From NCBI RefSeq assembly GCF_033344935.1, contig NZ_JAWPMM010000001.1, positions 4,706,115 to 4,770,114 of the forward strand: a stretch of 64,000 nt of DNA. Reading direction: 5' to 3'. A model generated the notes under the pieces. It made no database searches. It saw only the letters and a list, made by a program, of their open reading frames with translations, and was not told the DNA's origin. Below are positions 54,401 to 63,433 of this stretch, one piece after another (the first letter of the stretch is position 1; every line of letters begins with the position of its first letter). The stretch is from Reichenbachiella sp. Its GTDB lineage: Bacteria; Bacteroidota; Bacteroidia; Cytophagales; Cyclobacteriaceae. Position numbers and translations under genes: made by a program.

Positions 54401-55546
54401 ATGAAAGCTAAAGGTATAGTGCTCTTAGTCATTCTTGTTATTGGCTCGCATCATTTATTTGCACAAGGCTGCGTAGCCATCAGAGGATTCAGCGGATGCG
54501 CATCTGGTCTATCAAATACTTTTGGTACATCCAAAGGTGAATTATTTGCCAATACAGGATTTCGCTATTTCAAATCTTTCCGTCACTTCCGTGGAAGTCA
54601 TGAAGAAACCGAGCGTGTAGAAAATGGCACCGAAGTAATAAACAAGAGCTACTTCCTCGATCTATCCCTCTCCTATGGGATTACTGATCGACTATATGGG
54701 ACGCTCACCATTCCATTTACTTACCACGATCGTTCATCGATGTACGAACACGGCGGCAATCCGCCTAATGGACTAGGTGATAGGCATCATACCTCAGCTA
54801 AAGGATTGGCAGATATTCGAATGGGCATAGGCTACTGGTTAGTGGATCCCTCAAAAGGCAAAAGTTTCAACTACGCCATAGGGTTAGGACTGAAATTGCC
54901 AACTGGAAGTTATGACTATAAAGACAATTTTTACAATCAGGGAGACAAAAGAGACGAGACAAGATATACTGTGGTAGATCAATCGATCCAGCCTGGAGAT
55001 GGTGGCACTGGGATTACACTCGATGTGCAAGGTTATCATATACTGTCAGCACAATTCGTTCTTGCGTCTAACCTATTCTACCTCTTGAATCCCAAAGAAA
55101 CCAATGGCACCCTCACCAGATCAGGCTCAAGTGAATTTTCTTGCCCGGATCAGTTTGCTGCCAGAATTGGAACATTTTACAATACCAAAATACACGGTTT
55201 CAGCTTATATGCAGGTGGACGAATCGAAGGTGTACCTTCCTATGATTTGATTGGTGGCAGCTCGGGGTACAGACGTCCTGGATATGCCATATCTATTGAG
55301 CCAGGAGTGGCTTATAGCAAAAATAACTTTGCCGTGAATGTAAGTATTCCCTTTGCTCTGTATAGGAATAGAGTACAAAGCTACTCTGACAAAGAAAGAA
55401 CAGCTGAGACAGGAGAATACCGAAATGGTGACGCCGCCTTCGCTGATTATCTGCTGAGCTTCACATTTACTTATCGATTTGGTAAAACACATGGCAAAGA
55501 TATGCTCAAAGACTTTGTGCCTAGCTGGAATGAAGAGAGCAACTAA
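54401..55546 (+). CDS. Outer-membrane beta-barrel (Phenol_MetA_deg-like 'transporter' family), paralogue type of the 35912 ORF
   Basis: It has a signal peptide (..HHLFAQ), then GCVAIRGFSGC, and the shared blocks GLADIRMGIGYW, IGLGLKLPTGSYDY, QPGDGGTG. Confidence 0.55.
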   Translation: MKAKGIVLLVILVIGSHHLFAQGCVAIRGFSGCASGLSNTFGTSKGELFANTGFRYFKSFRHFRGSHEETERVENGTEVINKSYFLDLSLSYGITDRLYGTLTIPFTYHDRSSMYEHGGNPPNGLGDRHHTSAKGLADIRMGIGYWLVDPSKGKSFNYAIGLGLKLPTGSYDYKDNFYNQGDKRDETRYTVVDQSIQPGDGGTGITLDVQGYHILSAQFVLASNLFYLLNPKETNGTLTRSGSSEFSCPDQFAARIGTFYNTKIHGFSLYAGGRIEGVPSYDLIGGSSGYRRPGYAISIEPGVAYSKNNFAVNVSIPFALYRNRVQSYSDKERTAETGEYRNGDAAFADYLLSFTFTYRFGKTHGKDMLKDFVPSWNEESN

Positions 55547-55581
55547 TATTAAAAATTGAACGAACAAGTAAAACTAATATC

Positions 55582-57054
55582 ATGAACAAATTAATACACT
55601 TTGCGATAATCATCGCTCTATTGACTCCTGCCTGTAGTCCAAGTCAAAAAAAAGCCGAGATGAAAGAAGAGCCTAGAGGAACAGAGAATGTGGCTTACCA
55701 GTGGGGAAAAATAGCTTTGGAGGCAACGGCTAATGACACAGACATGTTTAAGCCACGACCAACAATTACCAGCAGGTTTTTAGGTTTAATCTTCACTTCC
55801 ATATTTGATGCCTGGACACGATACGACGAAAAAGCCACCCCTGTGTACCTATCAGGTGTGGATCGACGTCCGACGGATGAACTCACTACACGCAATAAAG
55901 AAATAGCCATCAGCTATGCGGCGTATCGTTCCATGTCCGAATACTATTATTCTGATTCCACTATGTACCGTGAGTTTATGGTTAAGCTCGGGCTGGACCC
56001 GGATGATAAGTCGATGGACCCAACTACTCCAGTAGGAATTGGAAACTTAGCTGCCAAAGCAGTAATCGAAGGACGAAAAGGCGATGGCTCAAACCAATAT
56101 GGTGAATTGTCAGGCGAAATGGGAAAACCATACTACGATTACACCGAGTATGCTCCAGTAAACTCAGTAGACAAAAATGTAGACATCAACAGATGGCAAC
56201 CTAAGTATTTTGCCGACGGCAAAGGAGGCAAATTTGCACCAAGCTGCTTGACTCCATATTGGCAACTGGTCAAGCCATTGATGTTGGATTCATCCAGCCA
56301 GTTCAGACCAGGGCCTCCTCCAATGGTGGGATCTGATCAATTGGAATTGGAAGTAAAAGAAGTGATCGATCTTCAAGCTAATCTAACAGATGAAAACCGT
56401 GCCCTGGTAGAATTTATGAGAGATGGCCCTAAGTCTGTGCAGCAGGCAGGGCACTGGCTAATCTTTGCACAAAATGTATCTGTCAGAGACAATCATACTT
56501 TGGATGAAGATGTTAAAATGTATTTCCTGGTAGAAGCAGTAGCCATGGATGGCTTTATTGCTTGCTGGGATTCGAAAATGTACTATGATTATGCGAGGCC
56601 TTATGCTCTAGTCCACGACTATTACCAAGATCAGATAATCAAAGCTTGGGGCGGCCCAGAAGTAGGCATGACCGAAATGGATGGATCACAGTGGAGACCT
56701 TACTCCCCTGAAACATTCCTATGTCCTCCCTTTCCTAGTTATGTATCTGGACACAGTACCATAAGTGGTGGGTGTGCAGAAGCACTAAGATTGTTTAAGG
56801 GTGATGACACATTCGGAGCTTCAGTAGACTTGGTACCCGGCATCATGACGGAGCCTAACAACTTGGGTGATACGGTCACTTTGAACTTCCCCACCTTCAC
56901 CGAAGCAGCTGAAATGGCCGGAATCTCAAGAGTCATGGGTGGGTACCATATCCAAGCTGATAATATCGAAGGTTTGAATTTGGGTAGAAATGTAGCCAGA
57001 GACATTTACAAAAAATACCTCAAGCTAGTAGGAGAAGACAAAGAGGCTATCTAA
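55582..57054 (+). CDS. Vanadium-dependent haloperoxidase-like / PAP2-superfamily lipoprotein
   Basis: It has a lipobox (LLTPACS) and the complete tripartite active-site signature: KMYYDYARP (KxxxxxxRP), PSYVSGHS (PSGH) and SRVMGGYHIQAD (SRxxxxxHxxxD). At 490 aa with a long helical N-domain, it fits haloperoxidases better than small acid phosphatases. Confidence 0.7.
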   Translation: MNKLIHFAIIIALLTPACSPSQKKAEMKEEPRGTENVAYQWGKIALEATANDTDMFKPRPTITSRFLGLIFTSIFDAWTRYDEKATPVYLSGVDRRPTDELTTRNKEIAISYAAYRSMSEYYYSDSTMYREFMVKLGLDPDDKSMDPTTPVGIGNLAAKAVIEGRKGDGSNQYGELSGEMGKPYYDYTEYAPVNSVDKNVDINRWQPKYFADGKGGKFAPSCLTPYWQLVKPLMLDSSSQFRPGPPPMVGSDQLELEVKEVIDLQANLTDENRALVEFMRDGPKSVQQAGHWLIFAQNVSVRDNHTLDEDVKMYFLVEAVAMDGFIACWDSKMYYDYARPYALVHDYYQDQIIKAWGGPEVGMTEMDGSQWRPYSPETFLCPPFPSYVSGHSTISGGCAEALRLFKGDDTFGASVDLVPGIMTEPNNLGDTVTLNFPTFTEAAEMAGISRVMGGYHIQADNIEGLNLGRNVARDIYKKYLKLVGEDKEAI

Positions 57055-57065
57055 AATTTAGAGTC

Positions 57066-57521
57066 ATGAGTGTAAAGGAATTATCAGAAAAAATAGATGA
57101 CAGGCTTTTTGCACTTGCTGATAGGCACGGTATGAAATTGCTCGAAGCCAGCATAGGTATCATCTACCTGTGGTTCGGTGGTTTGAAGTTTTTTCCGAAC
57201 TATAGTCCTGCCGAAGTATTGGCTGGAGATACCTTGGATCTGATCACCTTTCACTTGTTTGACAAACAATTTCTTCTCAGGGTGCTCGCCTTTGGAGAAA
57301 TATTGATTGGCTTAGCCCTTATATTAAGAATCAAATCCAAATATGTGATTTGGGGATTACTTGTTCATATGGGAGGGACTTTCTCTCCCATTATTTTCTT
57401 TCCCGAACAAGTTTTCACTCACCCTCCATTTGGGTTTAGCATGGTAGGCCAATATATCATGAAGAACCTTGTGATCATTAGTGCAACGCTGGTGATCTAC
57501 ACTAAAAACTCAAGAGACTAA
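57066..57521 (+). CDS. 4-TM membrane protein, DoxX/DUF417 (YkgB/RclC)-like
   Basis: IGIIYLWFGGLKFFP..., FGEILIGLALIL and QYIMKNLVIISATLVIY resemble the DUF417 helix pattern. The assignment is by eye only. Confidence 0.45.
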   Translation: MSVKELSEKIDDRLFALADRHGMKLLEASIGIIYLWFGGLKFFPNYSPAEVLAGDTLDLITFHLFDKQFLLRVLAFGEILIGLALILRIKSKYVIWGLLVHMGGTFSPIIFFPEQVFTHPPFGFSMVGQYIMKNLVIISATLVIYTKNSRD

Positions 57522-57593
57522 AGAGGCCGACGCTAGTTTTTTGTTTATTTCAAAGACTTATTAGATTTGAAAGCGAAATTAAATCGACTTTAA

Positions 57594-58058
57594 ATGAAGA
57601 CTGTTTTCGTTTTTATTACTTGCGCAACTGCTCTCTTTTCTTGCAGATCCACTGTTCTTGATATTGAAAAAAGGGCCGTTCAAGATACTATTGAACGTCA
57701 TCTTGATGCTGTAGCCAACAGAGACATTAATCATCTTAAAGGTACAATACCTGAAAAAGGACAACTGCTTTTAATATTACCGGGACAAGAAATCTTAAAT
57801 ACAACTGAAGCATTTTTAGACTACCATTTAGAATGGTTCGAAGACAATTCCTGGACATTTGAATCAAAAATAATTCATGTGCAAGCAGGAGCATTCTTTG
57901 GGATGGCAGTAGTAGAAGTATTGTATAAAGAACCTGACAGAGACGGGAAACCCTATTTCAACCGTATGATTGTTAGCTACGATTTTGAAAAACAAAATGG
58001 TAAATGGGTAGTTATAAAAGATCACGCAAGCTCAATAGAGCAATCAAGTAACCTCTAG
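57594..58058 (+). CDS. SnoaL-like/NTF2-fold (DUF4440-like) lipoprotein
   Basis: It has a lipobox (ALFSC) and NTF2-like blocks (IERHLDAVANRDINHL, KQNGKWVVIKDHAS). Confidence 0.5.
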   Translation: MKTVFVFITCATALFSCRSTVLDIEKRAVQDTIERHLDAVANRDINHLKGTIPEKGQLLLILPGQEILNTTEAFLDYHLEWFEDNSWTFESKIIHVQAGAFFGMAVVEVLYKEPDRDGKPYFNRMIVSYDFEKQNGKWVVIKDHASSIEQSSNL

Positions 58059-59824
58059 CTCGACATCATATAAATACGCTCTATTAGCTCTTTGAATTTG
58101 TCTTTGATGATTCGGCGCTTTAGCTTGAGGGTAGGAGTCAACTCTCCGGTATCAATTCCCCAAACGGTTTCCACGAGTTCAAACTTTTTGATCTGCTCCC
58201 AGTTGCCGAACTCTTCATTGTATCGGGATATTTCTGATTGAAACAATTTGATAACATCTGGATGTGCGATCAATTGCTTGTTGTCTAGAGCTGTAATGCC
58301 ATGATCTGCTTGCCAGTCTTTTAGCGTTTCAAAATTAGGTACAATAAGTGCCGATGGAAATTTTCGTCCTTCACCCACGACCATAATCTGCTCGATATAT
58401 ACACTCTCTTTGAATTTGTTCTCCATCAGCTGTGGCGCGATATACTTACCCCCTGAGGTTTTGAACATTTCTTTTTTCCGATCGGTTATCCTTAAAAAGC
58501 CCTCTTCAATCACTCCTATATCGCCAGTATGAAACCAGCCATCCTGAATTACCTCGGCAGTCAATTCTGGAGCTTTGTAATAGCCCATCATCACATTGGG
58601 CCCTTTACAGAGAATTTCACCATCTTCCGCAATTTTCACTTCTACATCATCTATTAGCTTTCCAACAGCTCCAATTTTCACATAATCGGGAAATGGTGCT
58701 GTAGCAGTAATGACAGGCGAAGTTTCGGTCAACCCATAGCCCTCGCAAACTGGGATTTCTGCGGCCCAAAAAATTCTTGCCAATCTAGGCTGCAAAGCCG
58801 CTGCTCCAGACGATATCAATTTCAATTCTCCACCTAATGCTTCTCTCCATTTTGAAAATATCAGCTTGCGAGCAATTTTCAATTTGAAATTGTACCAACC
58901 GCCAAAGTCTCCGTTGGGGTCGTACTTCAAACCAAGATCGATAGCCCAAAAGAAAAGCTTCCTTTTCATCAATGGCAACTCATAACCTTTGGATACGATT
59001 TTGTCATATACTTTCTCCAACAAGCGTGGCACGCAGGTAAACATTTGAGGGCTAATCTCCTTGATGTTTTCTCCAATCGAATCCATGCTCTCTGCATAAT
59101 AGATCGAAAGAGAATTATGCACATATACATAAATGGCAGTACGCTCATAGATGTGGCACATGGGCAAGAAACTCAAAGTCTTGTCAACACCAGGTGACAT
59201 ACAGCCCATGGTACGGGCAGATACACCTAAAGTATTGGACACGATATTATTGTGACTCAACATCACTCCTTTGGGTCTGCCAGTGGTACCCGACGTATAT
59301 ATAATCGTAAGTAAATCAGATGGCCGAACTTTTTCCATCAGCTGGCGAACAGTGGCTAAATCTCCATTCGGATCTTTTGCTTGTACTTCTTTCCAATGAG
59401 TTACTGCCTCCAGTTGGTCAAAAGAATAAATGTGCTTGATGTCGAGAGATGCTGTAGCTGTTTTCACCTTTTCTATCAACTCACTGTCTGCAGCAAAAAC
59501 CATTTTTACTTCTGCATGCTGAAATATGTATTCATAATCATCAACCGTAATGGTAGGATACATCGGCACGGTCACCACGCCAATTTGTTGACACGCAAAA
59601 TCAATGAAATTCCATTCTGGTCTATTGGGTGATACGATGGCTACCTTGTCTCCTGGATTCATACCCATAGCCAGCAAGCCAAGGCTCAGCTCATTGACAA
59701 TACGGACGACCTCCTCAGTACTGTAGCCCTTCCATTGACCAAATTCCTTATAATTTAAGGCCTTAGGTAATGGGTTGTTTTCTAATTGTGAATGAAGGAA
59801 GTCAAATACGCGTGTAGGAGTCAT
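58055..59824 (-). CDS. Long-chain-fatty-acid--CoA ligase (AMP-forming)
   Basis: It has the AMP-binding motif IYTSGTTGRPKG, plus GYGLTETS, FHTGDIG and KLKR. ATG 59824 is preferred over the track TTG at 59848. Confidence 0.85.
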   Translation of the reverse strand: MTPTRVFDFLHSQLENNPLPKALNYKEFGQWKGYSTEEVVRIVNELSLGLLAMGMNPGDKVAIVSPNRPEWNFIDFACQQIGVVTVPMYPTITVDDYEYIFQHAEVKMVFAADSELIEKVKTATASLDIKHIYSFDQLEAVTHWKEVQAKDPNGDLATVRQLMEKVRPSDLLTIIYTSGTTGRPKGVMLSHNNIVSNTLGVSARTMGCMSPGVDKTLSFLPMCHIYERTAIYVYVHNSLSIYYAESMDSIGENIKEISPQMFTCVPRLLEKVYDKIVSKGYELPLMKRKLFFWAIDLGLKYDPNGDFGGWYNFKLKIARKLIFSKWREALGGELKLISSGAAALQPRLARIFWAAEIPVCEGYGLTETSPVITATAPFPDYVKIGAVGKLIDDVEVKIAEDGEILCKGPNVMMGYYKAPELTAEVIQDGWFHTGDIGVIEEGFLRITDRKKEMFKTSGGKYIAPQLMENKFKESVYIEQIMVVGEGRKFPSALIVPNFETLKDWQADHGITALDNKQLIAHPDVIKLFQSEISRYNEEFGNWEQIKKFELVETVWGIDTGELTPTLKLKRRIIKDKFKELIERIYMMSS

Positions 59825-59853
59825 CTTGTTTTTGTTGTAGTCTTCCAAGATAA

Positions 59854-60624
59854 TTATTTCCGATGTTTCGGAAGCGCTTTTTTCGATTTTTCTAAATCCA
59901 TTTTGTCCGGACTCAATCTTCGCATTCGATAGGCGTTCATGGCTGTTTTCCCTAGTCGATTAGTCAGCTTATGATTGATATAGGCCCCTACTACGGCACC
60001 CACTCCTGGAATCAACTGCAGCAATTTCGCCAGATCTAAATGGTCTCGATATTCCTGCTGAAAAGACCGCCAATCGAACGCATTGATATCGGTAGGCAAC
60101 TTATCTTTTTGCACCTCCCAGTTGCTGATGATCAAATAGATTTCATTCCTGCGCTTTTGGCTAGAAAAAGCCAGTTGAAAAACATGAAGGATAAATAACC
60201 GCTCCTTATAATCTTTTGTGTCTATCCCATAAGATGCCGCAATGTCAAAAAGCATCTTCATCTTTATCGACAACCAAAGTGGAAAATCAGCCAAACCACT
60301 TACAAACCCTCCAAATCCTGTAATGGCGCCTTCGGCAGTGGCAGTGGAAGTGTATTTATTGATTTTATCTTTGACCTGCTCCTCGATATCCATCATCGAT
60401 CGAACCTCTGTTGAAGGCTTGGTAGTAAAATCTGCTCCGAACAATACCGCTCTTGTCAGTTCTTTGATCACTTTGGTAATGACCTGATGTAGCTTGTTGG
60501 GTAACAGACTATTTATCTTGGTTTGTATCTTCCGAATAGCTGCATTGGAGACGGAGGGGGTACGCTGCATGGTCACTTGCCACTCTGCCAATTCTCTGGC
60601 TATTTTCTCTTCGTAATTAGACAT
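59854..60624 (-). CDS. EcsC-family protein
   Basis: The 256-aa ORF has GAITGFGGFVSGLADFPLWLSIKMKMLFDIAASYG, which is EcsC-like. Confidence 0.55.
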   Translation of the reverse strand: MSNYEEKIARELAEWQVTMQRTPSVSNAAIRKIQTKINSLLPNKLHQVITKVIKELTRAVLFGADFTTKPSTEVRSMMDIEEQVKDKINKYTSTATAEGAITGFGGFVSGLADFPLWLSIKMKMLFDIAASYGIDTKDYKERLFILHVFQLAFSSQKRRNEIYLIISNWEVQKDKLPTDINAFDWRSFQQEYRDHLDLAKLLQLIPGVGAVVGAYINHKLTNRLGKTAMNAYRMRRLSPDKMDLEKSKKALPKHRK

Positions 60625-61489
60625 CTACTAATATTTTCTGCATTTCGAATTGCTTCAGATCCTTGGTAAAACCTAAATTTTCAAAAAATGAAATGATTCC
60701 TTCATGTTTGGATTCAATATTTAGAACTGACATTGTTTTGCTTTCACTCAACAAATGTGCCCTGCTTACCAATGCTGTCCCAACTCCATTCCTCCTATGC
60801 TTATTGTCTACGGCTAATTGGGTAATTCTTCCATTTTTTGGTTGAAAAATAATGTAGCCCTCTATCTCATCTGCGTTTCGACATTCTAGAATTGTCTCCT
60901 TAGCCAAGTGATATTTGACTTGGGTCAATTGATCGAGCATGCTTGGATTTATATCTCCTAATGCCAAATACTCTTCGATAGTAAATTCTCGAACTTCCTT
61001 CACACTTATTGAATTATCAAAACTGCTTTTCAAAAAGCCATCTTTCAGCATCAAACATTGAAAGGTTTTCGTTTTGTCAAATCCTGATCTGGTATAGGCT
61101 TTAATCGCCTGGTCATTATCTGTCAATACTTCAAGCACACATTTTTCTACTCCTTCCACCTTCAGTTGAGGCGTTATAAAATCGTACAGCTTGGCGGTCA
61201 GCCCTTGACCTAGATAACCTGGGATGACGCCAGTCCCACCATTGTAAGCTGCCAATTGCCCTTCGTATTCATTGATGGTTTGGAAAATAAAACCTACCAG
61301 TTTGTCACCAGAAAAAACAGCCGGAGATAGATCGAAATTGATATTTAATTTATACAGCATTCGGTCCTCAAAGGCCTCTCGAGACATTTTCATATTGACC
61401 TGATAGTTTGAGAATGCTTCTACAAATGACCTATGCATTTGACCCATGTCACCTTTAGTAAGCGTCCGATAATGCAAGGAAGAAGCCAT
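60617..61489 (-). CDS. Two-domain GNAT N-acetyltransferase
   Basis: There are two acetyltransferase cores (YLGQGLTAKLYDF.., HRRNGVGTALVSRA). ATG 61489 forms a TAATG overlap with the upstream stop. Confidence 0.7.
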   Translation of the reverse strand: MASSLHYRTLTKGDMGQMHRSFVEAFSNYQVNMKMSREAFEDRMLYKLNINFDLSPAVFSGDKLVGFIFQTINEYEGQLAAYNGGTGVIPGYLGQGLTAKLYDFITPQLKVEGVEKCVLEVLTDNDQAIKAYTRSGFDKTKTFQCLMLKDGFLKSSFDNSISVKEVREFTIEEYLALGDINPSMLDQLTQVKYHLAKETILECRNADEIEGYIIFQPKNGRITQLAVDNKHRRNGVGTALVSRAHLLSESKTMSVLNIESKHEGIISFFENLGFTKDLKQFEMQKILVDV

Positions 61490-61833
61490 TAGCAAAGTCT
61501 AGCTCCGTTCGGTAATTTTCTTTCGACAGAGGATAGAACAATATCTCCTTGCTCATCAGCAAAACCAGTCACCAATACCTCAGACATGAATTTCCCGATC
61601 TGCCTTGGTGGAAAATTGACTACACATATCACTTGTTTTCCAACAAGCTCTTCCAAAGAATATAGCGCTGTGATCTGTGCACTGGATTTTTTTACACCAA
61701 TCTCTTCGCCCAAATCAACCGTGAGTTTGTAAGCCGGTTTTCGAGCTTCTGGATAAGGTTCTGTGGTAAGGATAGTTCCTACTCTCAAGTCTACCTTTTC
61801 AAAATCACCCCAATTGATTAACTCTTGACTCAT
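61489..61833 (-). CDS. csaA: tRNA-binding protein (CsaA-like, OB fold)
   Basis: It reads [45 protein letters not shown]...[10 protein letters not shown]. Confidence 0.8.
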   Translation of the reverse strand: MSQELINWGDFEKVDLRVGTILTTEPYPEARKPAYKLTVDLGEEIGVKKSSAQITALYSLEELVGKQVICVVNFPPRQIGKFMSEVLVTGFADEQGDIVLSSVERKLPNGARLC

Positions 61834-62687
61834 ACTCTATCTAATACTTTTTGAATTAAATCGTCAACTATTTTTCCTGGCTCTGAGGCGAACTCATGAG
61901 TGACTCGATTGGCTAGAATCGCATTTAAACTCAGCACCTCGTGACCCAATAATCTCCCTAAGGCATAGTATCCCGCAGTCTCCATTTCAAAATTGGTCAT
62001 CCTAAAATCGCCTTGTCTGAATTGGTTCAATGTATCCATAAATCGAGGCAGTTTATTTTTCGCTCGTAAGGTCCTTCCTTGAGGCCCATAAAATCCAGGG
62101 CAAGTGGCTGTGTTACCGTGTAACATATCAAAGGCCAGCTTTTCTTTCAAAAGTTGTGAACCAGCCACAGCATACGGCGCGAAAGGCAAACCTGTTTCAG
62201 ATTGGAGCGACTTCGAAAGAGACTCCTCTTCTGGCGACTGATTCAATTCATAGTAGCACATCAAAGTATCGAAGCCCACGGCTATTTCTGTCGCTAATAG
62301 TGAACCTACAGGAATATCCTCCTGCATACTTCCAGAGGTACCTATCCTAATAATATTGAGGCTGGTTTTTTGTTCTTTGATCGTTCTAGTGGAAAGATCT
62401 ACATTGACGAGCGCATCGAGTTCATTGAGGAAAATCTCAATATTGTCAGTGCCCATACCCGTACTCATGACAGTCAGTTCTTTGCCTTTATACAATCCCC
62501 TATGGGTGACAAATTCCCTGCATGATTTCTTAAAATCTACGCGATCAAATCGATCTGTGATTTTGGCCACGCGTTCAGGGTCACCTACGCTGATAATCGT
62601 ATCACTGATATCCTCAGGTTTTAAATGGAGGTGATAGACACTTCCATCAGGATTCAAAATAAGGTCTGTTTCAGAAATTTGGGCCAT
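61830..62687 (-). CDS. Nucleoside phosphorylase (PNP/UDP family, uridine phosphorylase-like)
   Basis: [33 protein letters not shown] blocks. Confidence 0.8.
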   Translation of the reverse strand: MAQISETDLILNPDGSVYHLHLKPEDISDTIISVGDPERVAKITDRFDRVDFKKSCREFVTHRGLYKGKELTVMSTGMGTDNIEIFLNELDALVNVDLSTRTIKEQKTSLNIIRIGTSGSMQEDIPVGSLLATEIAVGFDTLMCYYELNQSPEEESLSKSLQSETGLPFAPYAVAGSQLLKEKLAFDMLHGNTATCPGFYGPQGRTLRAKNKLPRFMDTLNQFRQGDFRMTNFEMETAGYYALGRLLGHEVLSLNAILANRVTHEFASEPGKIVDDLIQKVLDRV

Positions 62688-62756
62688 GCTCTTTTCAAGA
62701 AAAATAATTCCTGAAAAGATAGCAAAAACTAAAAGAGGATAAGCATATATGGGCCG

Positions 62757-63395
62757 TTATGCGTCTACCTTTTGGGCAGGGTTACCAAATACGGTGTCTC
62801 CATCAGCCACATCTGCTATGACTACGGATCCTGCTCCTATCCTGGCATTTTTCCCTATTTTGATGCCGCTCACTAGCACTGAGCCTGCGCCTACAAATGC
62901 ATTCTCCCCAAGAGTCACATTGGCACTTACAGTAGCTCCGGCCCCTATCTGCACAAAGTCACCCAATTTAGCATCGTGGTCAACTGTACAGCCACTGTGT
63001 AGAATACAGTGATTAGCCAAATCTGAACCAGCTCCCAAAGTCACATTAGCATTGATGAAATTGCCATGACCCAATACTGCTGACTTGGCGATATGTGCAG
63101 AAGCATGGATAGCATTGGTTGGCATCACTTTGCGCTTTTCGATCAATGTTTTAGCAATGCTTTGCTTCTCTTTGCTATCATCGGTAGCCACAAAAGCCTC
63201 ACATTTTTGACCTATTAACTTTAGGAATCCCTGATCCGTAGTTTTGCCTAAAACTGGAATATTGTCAATTTCTGTATCGTGGAGTTTTTTATCGTCATCC
63301 AAAAAGCCATAAACGACATTTCCATTAGATTCAAAGATTTCAAGTGCAGCTCTACCTAGGCCGCCAGTACCAAAAATGATTACGGGATTTTCCAT
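62757..63395 (-). CDS. NeuD/PglB/VioB-family sugar O/N-acetyltransferase (left-handed beta-helix)
   Basis: It has an N-terminal Rossmann-like IIFGTGGLGR and C-terminal hexapeptide repeats (IGAGATVSANVTLGENAFVGAGSVL). Confidence 0.8.
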   Translation of the reverse strand: MENPVIIFGTGGLGRAALEIFESNGNVVYGFLDDDKKLHDTEIDNIPVLGKTTDQGFLKLIGQKCEAFVATDDSKEKQSIAKTLIEKRKVMPTNAIHASAHIAKSAVLGHGNFINANVTLGAGSDLANHCILHSGCTVDHDAKLGDFVQIGAGATVSANVTLGENAFVGAGSVLVSGIKIGKNARIGAGSVVIADVADGDTVFGNPAQKVDA

Positions 63396-63433
63396 GCCGC
63401 AAAGGTAGAGAAAGTGTGAATTGAATCGCTATT

